A stretch of DNA of 64,000 nt from an uncultured SAR86 cluster bacterium (GCA_902599315.1 CACKEY010000001.1:173328-237327); one strand, 5' to 3'; numbered from the stretch's first letter, positions 49,706 through 59,045 are shown. The notes: a model not told the origin generated them from the letters alone. Program-made: numbers and translations.

Positions 49706-50365
49706 ATGAGCAAATTAAATACCAAAAGACCTTTTATACATCCCGAAGGATGGAAGTTTGCAGCAATATTCTTTGTAATCTCAGTTTCTGTATACCCATT
49801 TTTTATAACTCTTTCAGTTATCGGTTTCATGCTTACTATTTTTACTCTTTGGTTTTTTCGTGATCCAGAAAGAAATACACCACAGGACTCAAACTTAATT
49901 ATCAGCTCGGCAGATGGAAAGGTTTGTTTAATTGATGAAGCATACCCCCCAGAAGAGCTGCCAATAGAACCACAAAAAATGAAGCGCATCTGTGTTTTTA
50001 TGAACGTTTTCAATGTTCATGTAAATAGAAGCCCCGTTCAGGGTAATGTTGATCATATTGTGTATAAAGAAGGTAAATTTTTAAATGCTAGCTTAGACAA
50101 AGCAAGCGACAAGAATGAAAGAAGCAGTTTAGTTTTAAATACTCAAAATGGAACAAAAATTATAGTTGTTCAAATTGCAGGCTTAATTGCTAGGAGAATT
50201 CTTGGGTTTATATCCCTGAATCATAATCTTGCCCAAGGCGAGAGATTTGGACTAATAAGATTTGGTTCGCGTGTTGATATATACATACCAATTGATGCAA
50301 TTATAAAATGTAAGGTTGGAGATAAGGTTACTGCAGGAGAATCAGTTTTGGCATCTTTTCAATAA
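49706..50365 (+). CDS. psd: Phosphatidylserine decarboxylase proenzyme (short form)
   Basis: 219 aa with N-terminal TM helices and a C-terminal self-cleavage-type motif FGSRVD. pssA is adjacent. Confidence 0.85.
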   Translation: MSKLNTKRPFIHPEGWKFAAIFFVISVSVYPFFITLSVIGFMLTIFTLWFFRDPERNTPQDSNLIISSADGKVCLIDEAYPPEELPIEPQKMKRICVFMNVFNVHVNRSPVQGNVDHIVYKEGKFLNASLDKASDKNERSSLVLNTQNGTKIIVVQIAGLIARRILGFISLNHNLAQGERFGLIRFGSRVDIYIPIDAIIKCKVGDKVTAGESVLASFQ

Positions 50366-50370
50366 TCTGC

Positions 50371-51111
50371 ATGAAAAAAATAGATTTCAAAGTTTTACTG
50401 CCTAATGTTATTACCCTTGCTGGGCTAAGTTTTGGTTTAAGTGCAATAAGATTTGCTTTGGAAGGAAACTTTAATTTAGCAATTGTTAACATTTTATTCG
50501 CTGGTATCTGTGACGTATTAGATGGAATGCTGGCTAGACTGCTGCGCAGTGAGTCTGATCTTGGCGCTCAACTAGACTCACTTTCAGATTTTTTGAGCTT
50601 TGGCATTGCCCCTGGACTTCTGATTTACATGTCTATTTTTAGTCAGAGCAGCAGCATAGGTGCCTTTGCGTGCTTAGCTTTTATTATTTTTTCATGCTTA
50701 AGACTGGCTCTTTACAATGTTAGGCTTGAATCATCCAAGGCATTAGATGAAGCTACTGAGCACTTTTTTATTGGAGTACCGACCCCCATGGGAGCAGTAC
50801 TGATTCTCCTCCCTTTAACTCATTCATTTATGGGCTATAACTGGGCTTTCGAAAACCTGAACTTTGTTGCTGGTTATATTATTTTAATTAGTGGTCTGCT
50901 TGTGAGCAGAATTCCAACTTTTTCAATCAAAAGAAAGCAGTTTTTCATTCATTCAAAGCTTGGCTTTTTAGTCTTATTTTCTTTAGTTTCGTTAAGTATG
51001 ATTAATTTTTTATGGGCCACTCTTAATCTTTTTGCTTTAATTTATTTATTGACGATCCCATTTTCTGTTATAGCTTGGCAAAGTGGGTCTAATAGAGGCT
51101 CCACTCAATAA
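50371..51111 (+). CDS. pssA: CDP-diacylglycerol-serine O-phosphatidyltransferase
   Basis: 246 aa with the CDP-alcohol phosphatidyltransferase motif DVLDGMLARLL...GAQLDSLSD. Confidence 0.88.
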   Translation: MKKIDFKVLLPNVITLAGLSFGLSAIRFALEGNFNLAIVNILFAGICDVLDGMLARLLRSESDLGAQLDSLSDFLSFGIAPGLLIYMSIFSQSSSIGAFACLAFIIFSCLRLALYNVRLESSKALDEATEHFFIGVPTPMGAVLILLPLTHSFMGYNWAFENLNFVAGYIILISGLLVSRIPTFSIKRKQFFIHSKLGFLVLFSLVSLSMINFLWATLNLFALIYLLTIPFSVIAWQSGSNRGSTQ

Positions 51112-51142
51112 AGCGGAGCCATTCTTTTTTACAATCAGTAAA

Positions 51143-51751
51143 TTAGTTCTTAGGAGAAGACTCGGGTTGATAAGAGTAATAACCAACTAACGGTATCATG
51201 AGGTGTGCGTAAGGAGAGCCTTTGAACATTACATATGGTGCTCCAGTGGTGTAGTCAGTAGATTGACCATCTAACGATGCGGGGTCTTTAGGCATAAGCA
51301 TCATATGAGGACCAGATTCTATATAGTGCATATGTCCAGCATCTTTTTGTCCGTCTGTCCCGACAGTAAAATTATCTACGCCCAAGTCACCATGTATCAT
51401 CCACATCCACCCATCACCTTCCATTTCAGGAATAGTTCCAGCTTTGTATGCATTGGCCCATGCCACAGAGTTTTTATCGGAACATGCAGGCGCAGCATCA
51501 TGAGGATTTTTAAAGCCATTTTCTGGCATTGGCATAAAAGCCTCACACCTCCATCCATTTGTCCCCTCTCTTATAACTGACCCATCTGCACCAATTACGG
51601 TTGCAAAGTCACCAATAAAATCTGGAGCAGCTGAAGTATAGGCCCATATTTGCCATTTTTCAGAAGCATGTGATCCATATGGCTCATTTGCAGAAAGATT
51701 AATCGAGATAGAAATGATCAACAACGAAAATAAGTTTAATTTTTTATACAT
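51143..51751 (-). CDS. Hypothetical secreted protein
   Basis: The start is set at ATG 51751, giving the signal peptide MYKKLNLFSLLIISISINLSA. The track ORF extends to 51790. I recognise no family. Confidence 0.6.
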   Translation of the reverse strand: MYKKLNLFSLLIISISINLSANEPYGSHASEKWQIWAYTSAAPDFIGDFATVIGADGSVIREGTNGWRCEAFMPMPENGFKNPHDAAPACSDKNSVAWANAYKAGTIPEMEGDGWMWMIHGDLGVDNFTVGTDGQKDAGHMHYIESGPHMMLMPKDPASLDGQSTDYTTGAPYVMFKGSPYAHLMIPLVGYYSYQPESSPKN

Positions 51752-51799
51752 TTTGGTTTCTCCAATAAAAACTTTATAGTTACATAGCATATTTAAACT

Positions 51800-52102
51800 A
51801 TGAAAACTTTCCTTAAAATTATTGCATATTTTTGCATTGGTACAACTCCTTTTCAGATTCTAATTGTTTTATGGGCTATTCAAATTGTACTTTCATCTGA
51901 GTACAACCTTTTTTCATTATCAAATATAGAATTTATAAGAAATCACTTCTCATTATTAATTCCTGTGGTTGATTGGTTCTATTCTTGGTTTTGGAATTTT
52001 TGGCTGGATTTTGTATTTTCACTATCTCTAATTTTATCCCAGACATTCAAAGCAGTTGTTAGTACATTGTTAGGTTTGTGGATACTTAAAAAAATTAACT
52101 AA
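51800..52102 (+). CDS. Hypothetical membrane protein
   Basis: 100 aa with three hydrophobic helices. It ends 3 nt upstream of the SMR gene. Confidence 0.5.
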   Translation: MKTFLKIIAYFCIGTTPFQILIVLWAIQIVLSSEYNLFSLSNIEFIRNHFSLLIPVVDWFYSWFWNFWLDFVFSLSLILSQTFKAVVSTLLGLWILKKIN

Positions 52103-52105
52103 AAA

Positions 52106-52429
52106 ATGTCACCATACTTATCTTTATTAGGAGCAATTGTTTTTGAGGTTGCAGGCACTCTAATGCTTCCAATGACAAAAGAATTTACTGAAAAAATTCC
52201 TACAATTTTTATGAGTATTTTTTACTTTGCTTCATTTTATTTTTTAACTCTTGCGCTTAGAGCAATACCCCTGGCGATTGTATATGCCTGCTGGAGTGGT
52301 CTGGGCGTTCTCTCGATTGCTATTCTTTCTTACTTTCTTTACGGACAAGCCCTGAGTTGGCAGGCAATAGCCGGACTTTTTCTTATAGTAAACGGTGTGA
52401 TTCTTGTTAACATATATTCCACTAACTAA
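52106..52429 (+). CDS. Small multidrug resistance (SMR) family transporter
   Basis: 107 aa with four TM helices and the essential TM1 glutamate in GAIVFEVAGT. Confidence 0.85.
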   Translation: MSPYLSLLGAIVFEVAGTLMLPMTKEFTEKIPTIFMSIFYFASFYFLTLALRAIPLAIVYACWSGLGVLSIAILSYFLYGQALSWQAIAGLFLIVNGVILVNIYSTN

Positions 52430-52446
52430 TTTTATATATTAAAACC

Positions 52447-53151
52447 ATGGCTGAAAAACTAGCGACCCTTTCTCAAGAGAGCGATATATCAATAATTAAA
52501 CTTGATGACGGAAAAGCAAATGCTTTTTCATTTGAAATGCTTACTAAAGTTAACGAATTACTTTCACAAGTACCGAGAGATACTGGCGCGCTTGTTATTA
52601 CTGGTAGAAGTGGATTGTTTTCTGGAGGGTTTGACTTAAAAACGATGGCTACTGGTGACATGGAAAAGATTACAAAGATGGTTCAGATGGGCTATCGTTT
52701 GCTTTTGGAGCTTTATTCATTTGATCGACCAATAATTGCAGCGGTTTCGGGTCACTCAATCGCATTAGGTTTATTTGTTACATGCTCAGCAGATTATCGG
52801 ATTGCAATAGATGGTGAGTATATATGTCAGGCAAACGAAGTTCGAAATAACATGGACATTCCAACACCAATAATGGAAATCCTTAAGGCTAGAATTAATA
52901 AGAACTACTTTTATCCTGCTGTTTATCATTCTGATGCTTATTCTATGCAGAAATCAATTGCGGTTGGCTTTATTGATGAGGTTGTCCCTCACACTGAGTT
53001 CATGAATAGAGTAATGGAAAAAGCAAAAGAACTGGCATCTCTACCTCATCCATTTTATGCAAATACAAAAAAATCTGCTCAAGAAGATGTAAGAAAAAAA
53101 ATATCAAATGCCATAGATAAATATGAAAATTTAACTGGCCTCAAAAATTAG
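52447..53151 (+). CDS. Enoyl-CoA hydratase/isomerase (crotonase) family protein
   Basis: 234 aa with crotonase-fold motifs (GKANAFS...TGRSGLFSGGFDL...IAAVSGHSIALG). Confidence 0.8.
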   Translation: MAEKLATLSQESDISIIKLDDGKANAFSFEMLTKVNELLSQVPRDTGALVITGRSGLFSGGFDLKTMATGDMEKITKMVQMGYRLLLELYSFDRPIIAAVSGHSIALGLFVTCSADYRIAIDGEYICQANEVRNNMDIPTPIMEILKARINKNYFYPAVYHSDAYSMQKSIAVGFIDEVVPHTEFMNRVMEKAKELASLPHPFYANTKKSAQEDVRKKISNAIDKYENLTGLKN

Positions 53152-53184
53152 AACTAGATACTAAAACCATATAGACTACTCCAA

Positions 53185-53775
53185 ATGAGTAAATATAAAA
53201 CTTTTATTCCTCAGCATTTACGTGCATACAGACCAAGACCACTAAGATGGCTTGGTAAAATACTAATGAAACTAACTGGCTGGAAAACAACTGGGCATCT
53301 TCCTAAAGATGAGCGAGTGGTGCTTATTGCTGGTCCACACACTTCAAATTGGGACTTTGTTCTTGCAATGTCACTTATCTTAAGTCTAGATGTTCATATT
53401 CATTGGGTAGGCAAGCACTCTATATTTAAAAAAGGTTTTCGCAGACTGCTGAGAAAAATGGGAGGAATTCCTGTAAATAGAGCTAATCCTCAAGCTTTAA
53501 AGCAAGAAATTCATAACATAACTGAAAAATATAAAGGATTTGTTATTGCCATTTCCCCTGAGGGAACAAGAAAAAAAGTTGAAAGATTAAAAACTGGATT
53601 TTTGCGAATTGCAAACGAAACAAATAGCAGGATTATGATGGCAGGAATTGACTTTTCAAATAAAACTGTTGAACTCGGGGATTTTTTTAGTCCCACTGGC
53701 GATGTTGAGAAGGACCTCGAATTTATAAAAGAATACTTTGCTAACTTTGCTGGAAAGCGCCCAGAATTATCTTAA
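53185..53775 (+). CDS. Lysophospholipid (1-acyl-sn-glycerol-3-phosphate-type) acyltransferase family protein
   Basis: 196 aa with the H-x4-D motif (HTSNWD) and a PEGTR block. Confidence 0.75.
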   Translation: MSKYKTFIPQHLRAYRPRPLRWLGKILMKLTGWKTTGHLPKDERVVLIAGPHTSNWDFVLAMSLILSLDVHIHWVGKHSIFKKGFRRLLRKMGGIPVNRANPQALKQEIHNITEKYKGFVIAISPEGTRKKVERLKTGFLRIANETNSRIMMAGIDFSNKTVELGDFFSPTGDVEKDLEFIKEYFANFAGKRPELS

Positions 53776-53808
53776 CCGCTCAAATAGTTGTATTTTGAGT
53801 AAAAAAAT

Positions 53809-54309
53809 ATGAATACCAATTATAGATTGAGTTCTTTTAATATCTCTAATTGTTGTCAATTTGAAATTGACGCAATATTTAAACTTAACCAGCAAAATAC
53901 TCCCAAGGTTGGGTCGCTTGAATCTATCGAGCATCTAAAAAGGTTAATCGAACTTAGTGCATATAATTTATTGATGCTTCATGACAAAGAAATTGTTGGA
54001 TTTATAATTTGTATGAGAGAAGGTTCTATATATGAATCAGAAAATTATAAATTTTTTAAACAGAGACTAAAAAAATTTCTTTACGTCGATAGAGTTGCGA
54101 TTGATGAGAATCACAGAAGATCGGGTTTAGGTATAGCTATCTATAAAAATATCTTTGCTCATGCCAACAATGAAAATTTACCTATAGCATTGGAGGTCAA
54201 TACTCAGCCTGTAAATCAACCCTCATTAAACTTTCATGAGAAGATGGGTTTTGTGAGAATCGGTAGACGAGATTTTGATGATCATAGCGTCGCGTATTTT
54301 TTAAAATAA
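53809..54309 (+). CDS. GNAT family N-acetyltransferase
   Basis: 166 aa with acetyl-CoA motif A RRSGLGIAIY. Confidence 0.8.
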   Translation: MNTNYRLSSFNISNCCQFEIDAIFKLNQQNTPKVGSLESIEHLKRLIELSAYNLLMLHDKEIVGFIICMREGSIYESENYKFFKQRLKKFLYVDRVAIDENHRRSGLGIAIYKNIFAHANNENLPIALEVNTQPVNQPSLNFHEKMGFVRIGRRDFDDHSVAYFLK

Positions 54310-54313
54310 CATA

Positions 54314-55036
54314 ATGAAATCTATCTTTTCATTTTTCTTATTAATATTTTTGCTAGCAGGATGCAGTGACACCTCTTTGCCTCCAATTAAGATAAGTGAT
54401 TTTGAAAATGATACTTCTGTTAAAAATTTAGGCATTAGGTTGATGGATCTTCCTTATGGTTTGAATTCGATGGAGCCAAGTTTAGCTGAAGTTCAGGAAA
54501 TATTTATCTCAGTACATGGAGGAAATAGTGAAGGTTATGAATGGATATACCCTTTAAAAAAAATAAATACAAAATTGAGGCATATGTATTTTTATCGCTG
54601 GCCCGATAATAGCTGTTTTCAAAACTCTGTAAAAAAGTTAAAGGATGAAATTACTAGTATTTTGAATCAAGATAAGTCCATAAAAAAAATTTCTTTAATA
54701 GGGCATAGTTACGGAGGTATATTAGTTACTCAGCTCCTAAAAGATTGGAATCTTTCGACTCCCATTGAAATTCACGTTATAGCATCACCTTTGTTAGGCA
54801 CCCCAATGTTAAATTCAATGTGTGCCTATGAACCTATTTCAGCAATACCAAAAAAATCAGTTCTTTATGAGTGGAGAACTCAATTTCAGCTTGATAATGT
54901 ATTTAAAAATCTAAATGAAGATCCTCAAAGAATTGAACTTAATGGAAGTTTGGTAACAACACTTCCAGATACTTATAAAGGTAATAGATTAGGACATAAT
55001 TGGTCAATCAGCTGGGTTGCAGATGAGGCTTTCTAA
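54314..55036 (+). CDS. Lipoprotein, alpha/beta-hydrolase-like
   Basis: 240 aa with a lipobox (LLAGC) and the nucleophile elbow GHSYGG. Confidence 0.65.
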   Translation: MKSIFSFFLLIFLLAGCSDTSLPPIKISDFENDTSVKNLGIRLMDLPYGLNSMEPSLAEVQEIFISVHGGNSEGYEWIYPLKKINTKLRHMYFYRWPDNSCFQNSVKKLKDEITSILNQDKSIKKISLIGHSYGGILVTQLLKDWNLSTPIEIHVIASPLLGTPMLNSMCAYEPISAIPKKSVLYEWRTQFQLDNVFKNLNEDPQRIELNGSLVTTLPDTYKGNRLGHNWSISWVADEAF

Positions 55037-55101
55037 TCACTCAAGTGCTATTTAATGTTACAGAAGCTTCAGTTAAACTTACTTTTTCAAAAGGACTCAA
55101 T

Positions 55102-56076
55102 ATGACACTGCCAAAAATTTTACAAGATAATTTATCAATACCAGTTATTGGCGCTCCACTTTTTTTAGTATCAGGTCCTGAATTAGTCATTGCACAATGC
55201 AAGGCCGGAATTGTTGGCTCCTTTCCTGCTTTGAATGCCCGGCCTCAACATGTACTTGAAGAATGGCTGATAAGAATTAAAGAGGAATTGGCTCAAGCAA
55301 AAATTGATAATCCTAGTTTACCAGTTGCCCCCTTTGCAGTGAATCAAATCTGTCATGGTTCAAATGATAGATTAATGGGAGACATGGAGCTGTGTGTTAA
55401 ACACGAAGCCCCAATTATTATTACATCATTAAGACCGCCTGAAGAAATAGTTACTGCCGCTCATTCATATGGTGGACTTGTTTATCATGATGTTATCAGT
55501 GTTAGACACGCTAAGAAAGCTGCAGAGCAGGGAGTTGATGGTTTAATTTTAGTTTGTGCAGGAGCTGGAGGTCATGCTGGCACATTATCACCTTTTGCAT
55601 TAGTTCGAGAGGTAAGGGAATTTTTCGATGGAACTATAATTCTATCGGGCTCAATAAGCTCTGGAAGTGCAGTTGCATCTAGCCTAGCTTTAGGTGCTGA
55701 TCTTGCATATCTAGGAACGAGATTTATTGCTACTGAAGAAGCAAATGCTGATCAAGGCTACAAACAAATGCTCATTGAAAGCGCTGCAGATGATATTGTG
55801 TATTCTTCATTGTTTACAGGAGTTCACGGTAACTATCTAAAAGGATCGGTTGAAAATGCAGGATTAGATCCTAACAACCTTCCTGAGGCTGACAAATCCT
55901 CAATGAATTTTGGTTCTGGTGGCAATACAGACGCAAAAGCTTGGAAAGATATCTGGGGATCTGGTCAAGGCATTGGCTCAATCAAAGACTCACCATCAGT
56001 TCAAACTTTGGTCAATAAATTAACCTCAGAATTTAAAGAGGCAGTTGACGATTTAAAGCAAAAATCTGTTTATTAG
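55102..56076 (+). CDS. Nitronate monooxygenase (2-nitropropane dioxygenase, NMO) family protein
   Basis: The start is set at ATG 55102 (MTLPKIL...), preceded by AAAGGA. The track start is 55045. FMN-binding TIM-barrel motifs are present (GAPLFLVSGPEL...CAGAGGHAG...LGTRF). Confidence 0.85.
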   Translation: MTLPKILQDNLSIPVIGAPLFLVSGPELVIAQCKAGIVGSFPALNARPQHVLEEWLIRIKEELAQAKIDNPSLPVAPFAVNQICHGSNDRLMGDMELCVKHEAPIIITSLRPPEEIVTAAHSYGGLVYHDVISVRHAKKAAEQGVDGLILVCAGAGGHAGTLSPFALVREVREFFDGTIILSGSISSGSAVASSLALGADLAYLGTRFIATEEANADQGYKQMLIESAADDIVYSSLFTGVHGNYLKGSVENAGLDPNNLPEADKSSMNFGSGGNTDAKAWKDIWGSGQGIGSIKDSPSVQTLVNKLTSEFKEAVDDLKQKSVY

Positions 56077-56088
56077 ATTTAATTTAAG

Positions 56089-56505
56089 TTATAAGTCTCC
56101 ATCTTTTCTATGCTCACTGCGATCAACTTCAAATTTTTCTCCATACCTTGCTTCAAGTTTATCTTGGTTTTCCTTAATGACTTCATATGGATCAAGTTTT
56201 AATGCCATGCAGGCAGTAACCCAGTACCACATAATATCGCCAAGCTCTCTTTTCATATGAAAAATATTTTCTTCTGATGATGGCTTTCCCTGAAGAAACA
56301 TCTTTTTTACTATTTCCACAAACTCACCTGTTTCGCTTCCCAATCCAAGTGCAGCTGTTAATAGTCTTGTAGACTCTATTTGAGATGAAGAATCAATTTC
56401 CTTCATGCGAGCATCTAAACTCCCTTGATCCAGGCTTGGCTCACTTGTTACCTTGGTAACAAAATCTCCATAACTATTTAAAAACTCTTTTACTTCAGTG
56501 CTCAT
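56089..56505 (-). CDS. MazG-like nucleotide pyrophosphohydrolase
   Basis: 138 aa with the all-alpha NTP-PPase motifs ETGEFVE and RELGDIMWYW. Confidence 0.8.
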   Translation of the reverse strand: MSTEVKEFLNSYGDFVTKVTSEPSLDQGSLDARMKEIDSSSQIESTRLLTAALGLGSETGEFVEIVKKMFLQGKPSSEENIFHMKRELGDIMWYWVTACMALKLDPYEVIKENQDKLEARYGEKFEVDRSEHRKDGDL

Positions 56506-56522
56506 AAATTTCTCCTATTTTC

Positions 56523-57518
56523 TTAAAGCGGATTAATTTTCCAATCAAGAGATTCAAGAAAGCTAGATTCGGTAGCTTTTTCTATATCTAAAACTAAGTT
56601 ATTTTTTAAATCTATGCCGCTGATTAAAGCATAGTCTTCTAGAGATCTCTCCTTACCAAGGCTCAAAGGTTCTTCAACCTTGTCAGCAAATAAATCATCG
56701 AGCCTATTTAAACTTTTCTTATCTAATTCGGTCCATTTAACAGCTCTCTTTTGATCATCCTCTGGATCCCAATGCAGCTTTCTTGGTATATCGCTGGTAT
56801 CCGTATAAAGATGAAATAAAGGAACATCAGGGATATGGAAAAATGAGTAACCATTAGTAAATGCCCTCATTGCTAGTGAAAGTTCCTCCCCATAAAAATA
56901 GTAATTTGGATCATATGGAATTTCTTTGACAAAGGCGCCTTTGGTAAAGATACAGCCTGCGGCCAATAATATTGCATGAGTAATGTCAGTATGTTTTGTT
57001 GGAATGCCTATTTGTCTTGAAAATGAGCCTTTTAAAAATAAACTATCTTTTCTGTAAGTTATCACTTGGGTATGCTTATCTCCAGTGTTAAGTTCGAATA
57101 AACCCTTTTCAAAATCCAAGACTTTAAAGCTTCTAGGATAGGAGGTAATAATTGGTTTTTTAAAATACTCATCAATTTCTTGGTTGGCAGATATTTTTTC
57201 AAGCTGCTTGATAAAAATGGAATCCCATTCAGGCGCAAATTGTGTATGGGAGTCAACCTGCAAAAAGAAATCTTCTTCGTTAAAAAAACTTTGAGCTCTA
57301 TGTCGGGCCCAACATGGGCCTTTTGAAAACAAAGGATCTACATGATCATAATGAATTTGATCTGAAAATGTTACTCCATTAATATCAATCGTATTATCTG
57401 ATTGATCGCAGATGCTAAAAATCAGATCATTTTTATTCTCAGCGTTTTCATAGGCACTAAAAATTGTCGATACCAATAAAGGGTCTTGATAAGAGGCGAT
57501 TGAAATAAATATACTCAT
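56523..57518 (-). CDS. Glycosyltransferase of the GlcNAc family (Skp1 hydroxyproline GlcNAc-transferase Gnt1-like)
   Basis: The N-terminal IFISIASYQDPLLVSTI...LIFSICDQ matches my recollection of the family hallmark (FVSIASYRD...I.WQ). The start is set at ATG 57518 (MSIFISIAS). The track ORF extends to TTG at 57551. Confidence 0.55.
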   Translation of the reverse strand: MSIFISIASYQDPLLVSTIFSAYENAENKNDLIFSICDQSDNTIDINGVTFSDQIHYDHVDPLFSKGPCWARHRAQSFFNEEDFFLQVDSHTQFAPEWDSIFIKQLEKISANQEIDEYFKKPIITSYPRSFKVLDFEKGLFELNTGDKHTQVITYRKDSLFLKGSFSRQIGIPTKHTDITHAILLAAGCIFTKGAFVKEIPYDPNYYFYGEELSLAMRAFTNGYSFFHIPDVPLFHLYTDTSDIPRKLHWDPEDDQKRAVKWTELDKKSLNRLDDLFADKVEEPLSLGKERSLEDYALISGIDLKNNLVLDIEKATESSFLESLDWKINPL

Positions 57519-57520
57519 TT

Positions 57521-57550
57521 TGTATGCGTTCTCTACTTTCTTAGCATACA
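57521..57550. promoter_or_regulatory. Inverted repeat (candidate operator) in the GT / P4H divergent intergenic region
   Basis: TGTATGC-(16 nt)-GCATACA, with perfect 7-bp arms, lies within the 45 nt between the divergent starts at 57518 and 57564. Confidence 0.35.
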
Positions 57551-57563
57551 ATTATTTCTACTA

Positions 57564-58202
57564 ATGACTAAGGAATATCCAAAAAAAATTGCTGATAATG
57601 TGATAATGCATGCGGCTGACCCAATTCTGTATGTCGTTGATAGCTTTTTAAGTAATGATGAATGCGAGGCTTTTATCAAGGCTTCTGAGGGTAAACTCAA
57701 GCCTTCAACAGTAATAAGCCCTGATAAACATGTCCAACATGAAAGCAGAACAAGTGAGAATTGCTGGATAGAGCATGATGCGAATGAAATTATTCATGAA
57801 GTAAGTAAAAGATTCTCGATTTTAGTCCAAATGCCAATAAGAAATGCTGAACAGTATCAGCTTGTTTATTATAGAAAGGGAGCTCAATATAAACCCCATT
57901 TTGACTCATTCGATTATGAAACTGAAGATGGAAAAAATAACTGGGAGCCAGGTGGCCAGAGAATGGTAACGGTTATTGCATATTTAAATGATGTGGAGGA
58001 GGGAGGTGAAACAGGTTTTCCAGAGCTTGATATTAATGTTCCAGCAAAAAAAGGAGATGTAGTTGTTTTTCATAATACCCTCCTAAATGATTCAGCAACT
58101 TATCCAAAGATTAATCCAAAATCACTTCATGGGGGCATGCCCGTAATTATGGGTGAAAAGTGGATGGTAAATCTTTGGTTTAGAGAAAACCTCAGATACT
58201 AG
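57564..58202 (+). CDS. Prolyl 4-hydroxylase (2-oxoglutarate/Fe(II)-dependent oxygenase, P4Hc type)
   Basis: 212 aa with the H-x-D facial triad (KPHFDSF), the distal His (SLHGGMPV) and a 2OG-binding Lys (GEKWMVNLW). Confidence 0.85.
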   Translation: MTKEYPKKIADNVIMHAADPILYVVDSFLSNDECEAFIKASEGKLKPSTVISPDKHVQHESRTSENCWIEHDANEIIHEVSKRFSILVQMPIRNAEQYQLVYYRKGAQYKPHFDSFDYETEDGKNNWEPGGQRMVTVIAYLNDVEEGGETGFPELDINVPAKKGDVVVFHNTLLNDSATYPKINPKSLHGGMPVIMGEKWMVNLWFRENLRY

Positions 58203-59045
58203 TTACTTTAACTTTAAAGAACTCTGACTAGTTACAATATTAAACAAATGATCCTGAGCTTCTGGCTTAAGTTGAGCCACTCCAACCGCCAAAACATCAA
58301 TAATTGCCATGTAAGCTAGTCTTGAGGTTAGCGGTCTAGTTAATCTTGCATTTTCTCCAACATCAATATCTAGAGAAATATCGCATATTCTTGAAAGGGG
58401 AGTATTTGAGGGCATTAGGCCAATTACAATAACTCCAGAGCTTTTAACTGTTTTTATGCTCTCAACCAAAGCCGCTGTGTTGCCAGATTGAGATATTGCC
58501 ACAACCACATCTCTATTATTAAGAGAGTTTGCTGACATAAACTGAATGTGAGGATCAGAAATACAGGAGGAGGGTATTTTTAGTCGAAAAAATTTGTGTT
58601 GAGCGTCCATGGCTATTGGTACCGAACCTCCAAAAGCATAGAATTCAACTCTTTTAGCATTAGCCAATGTCTCAATTGCCTCTTCAAGTGAAGTTTGATC
58701 GAGCTGCGATCTAACATTCAAAATTTCACTGATGGTGCTATCGAATACTTTTTCAGTTAGCTCTTGAATAGAATCTTCAGGATTTATTTCATATGAATTA
58801 AAATAATCATCTGCAGCAAGTTGTTGAGCAAGAGTCAATTTAAACTTTTGAAAACCATCGAAATTTACGGCTTTACAAAACCTTATTAAGGTTGGCTCGC
58901 TGATTCCTATCTCCTCAGATGCTTGTGCAGTTGTTAGCTCAATAATTGCACTTGGCTTATTTAAAATAAATTCAGCAACTTTCACTTCAGACTTTCTTAA
59001 GTTAGGAAGTGCAATTTTAATTTCTCTTAATAATTTAGTTTGCAT
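58203..59045 (-). CDS. RpiR/HexR family transcriptional regulator (HTH plus SIS domain)
   Basis: 280 aa with an N-terminal HTH_6 region (SEEIGISEPTLIRFCKAV) and a C-terminal SIS domain (ISQSGNT). Its stop abuts the P4H stop with 0 nt between them. Confidence 0.85.
   Translation of the reverse strand: MQTKLLREIKIALPNLRKSEVKVAEFILNKPSAIIELTTAQASEEIGISEPTLIRFCKAVNFDGFQKFKLTLAQQLAADDYFNSYEINPEDSIQELTEKVFDSTISEILNVRSQLDQTSLEEAIETLANAKRVEFYAFGGSVPIAMDAQHKFFRLKIPSSCISDPHIQFMSANSLNNRDVVVAISQSGNTAALVESIKTVKSSGVIVIGLMPSNTPLSRICDISLDIDVGENARLTRPLTSRLAYMAIIDVLAVGVAQLKPEAQDHLFNIVTSQSSLKLK

Noticed and set aside
49645-50013. 122-aa minus-strand ORF overlapping the 5' part of psd.
   Set aside because: It overlaps a well-supported phosphatidylserine decarboxylase gene. 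Its translation has no recognisable features, and the psd frame explains the region.
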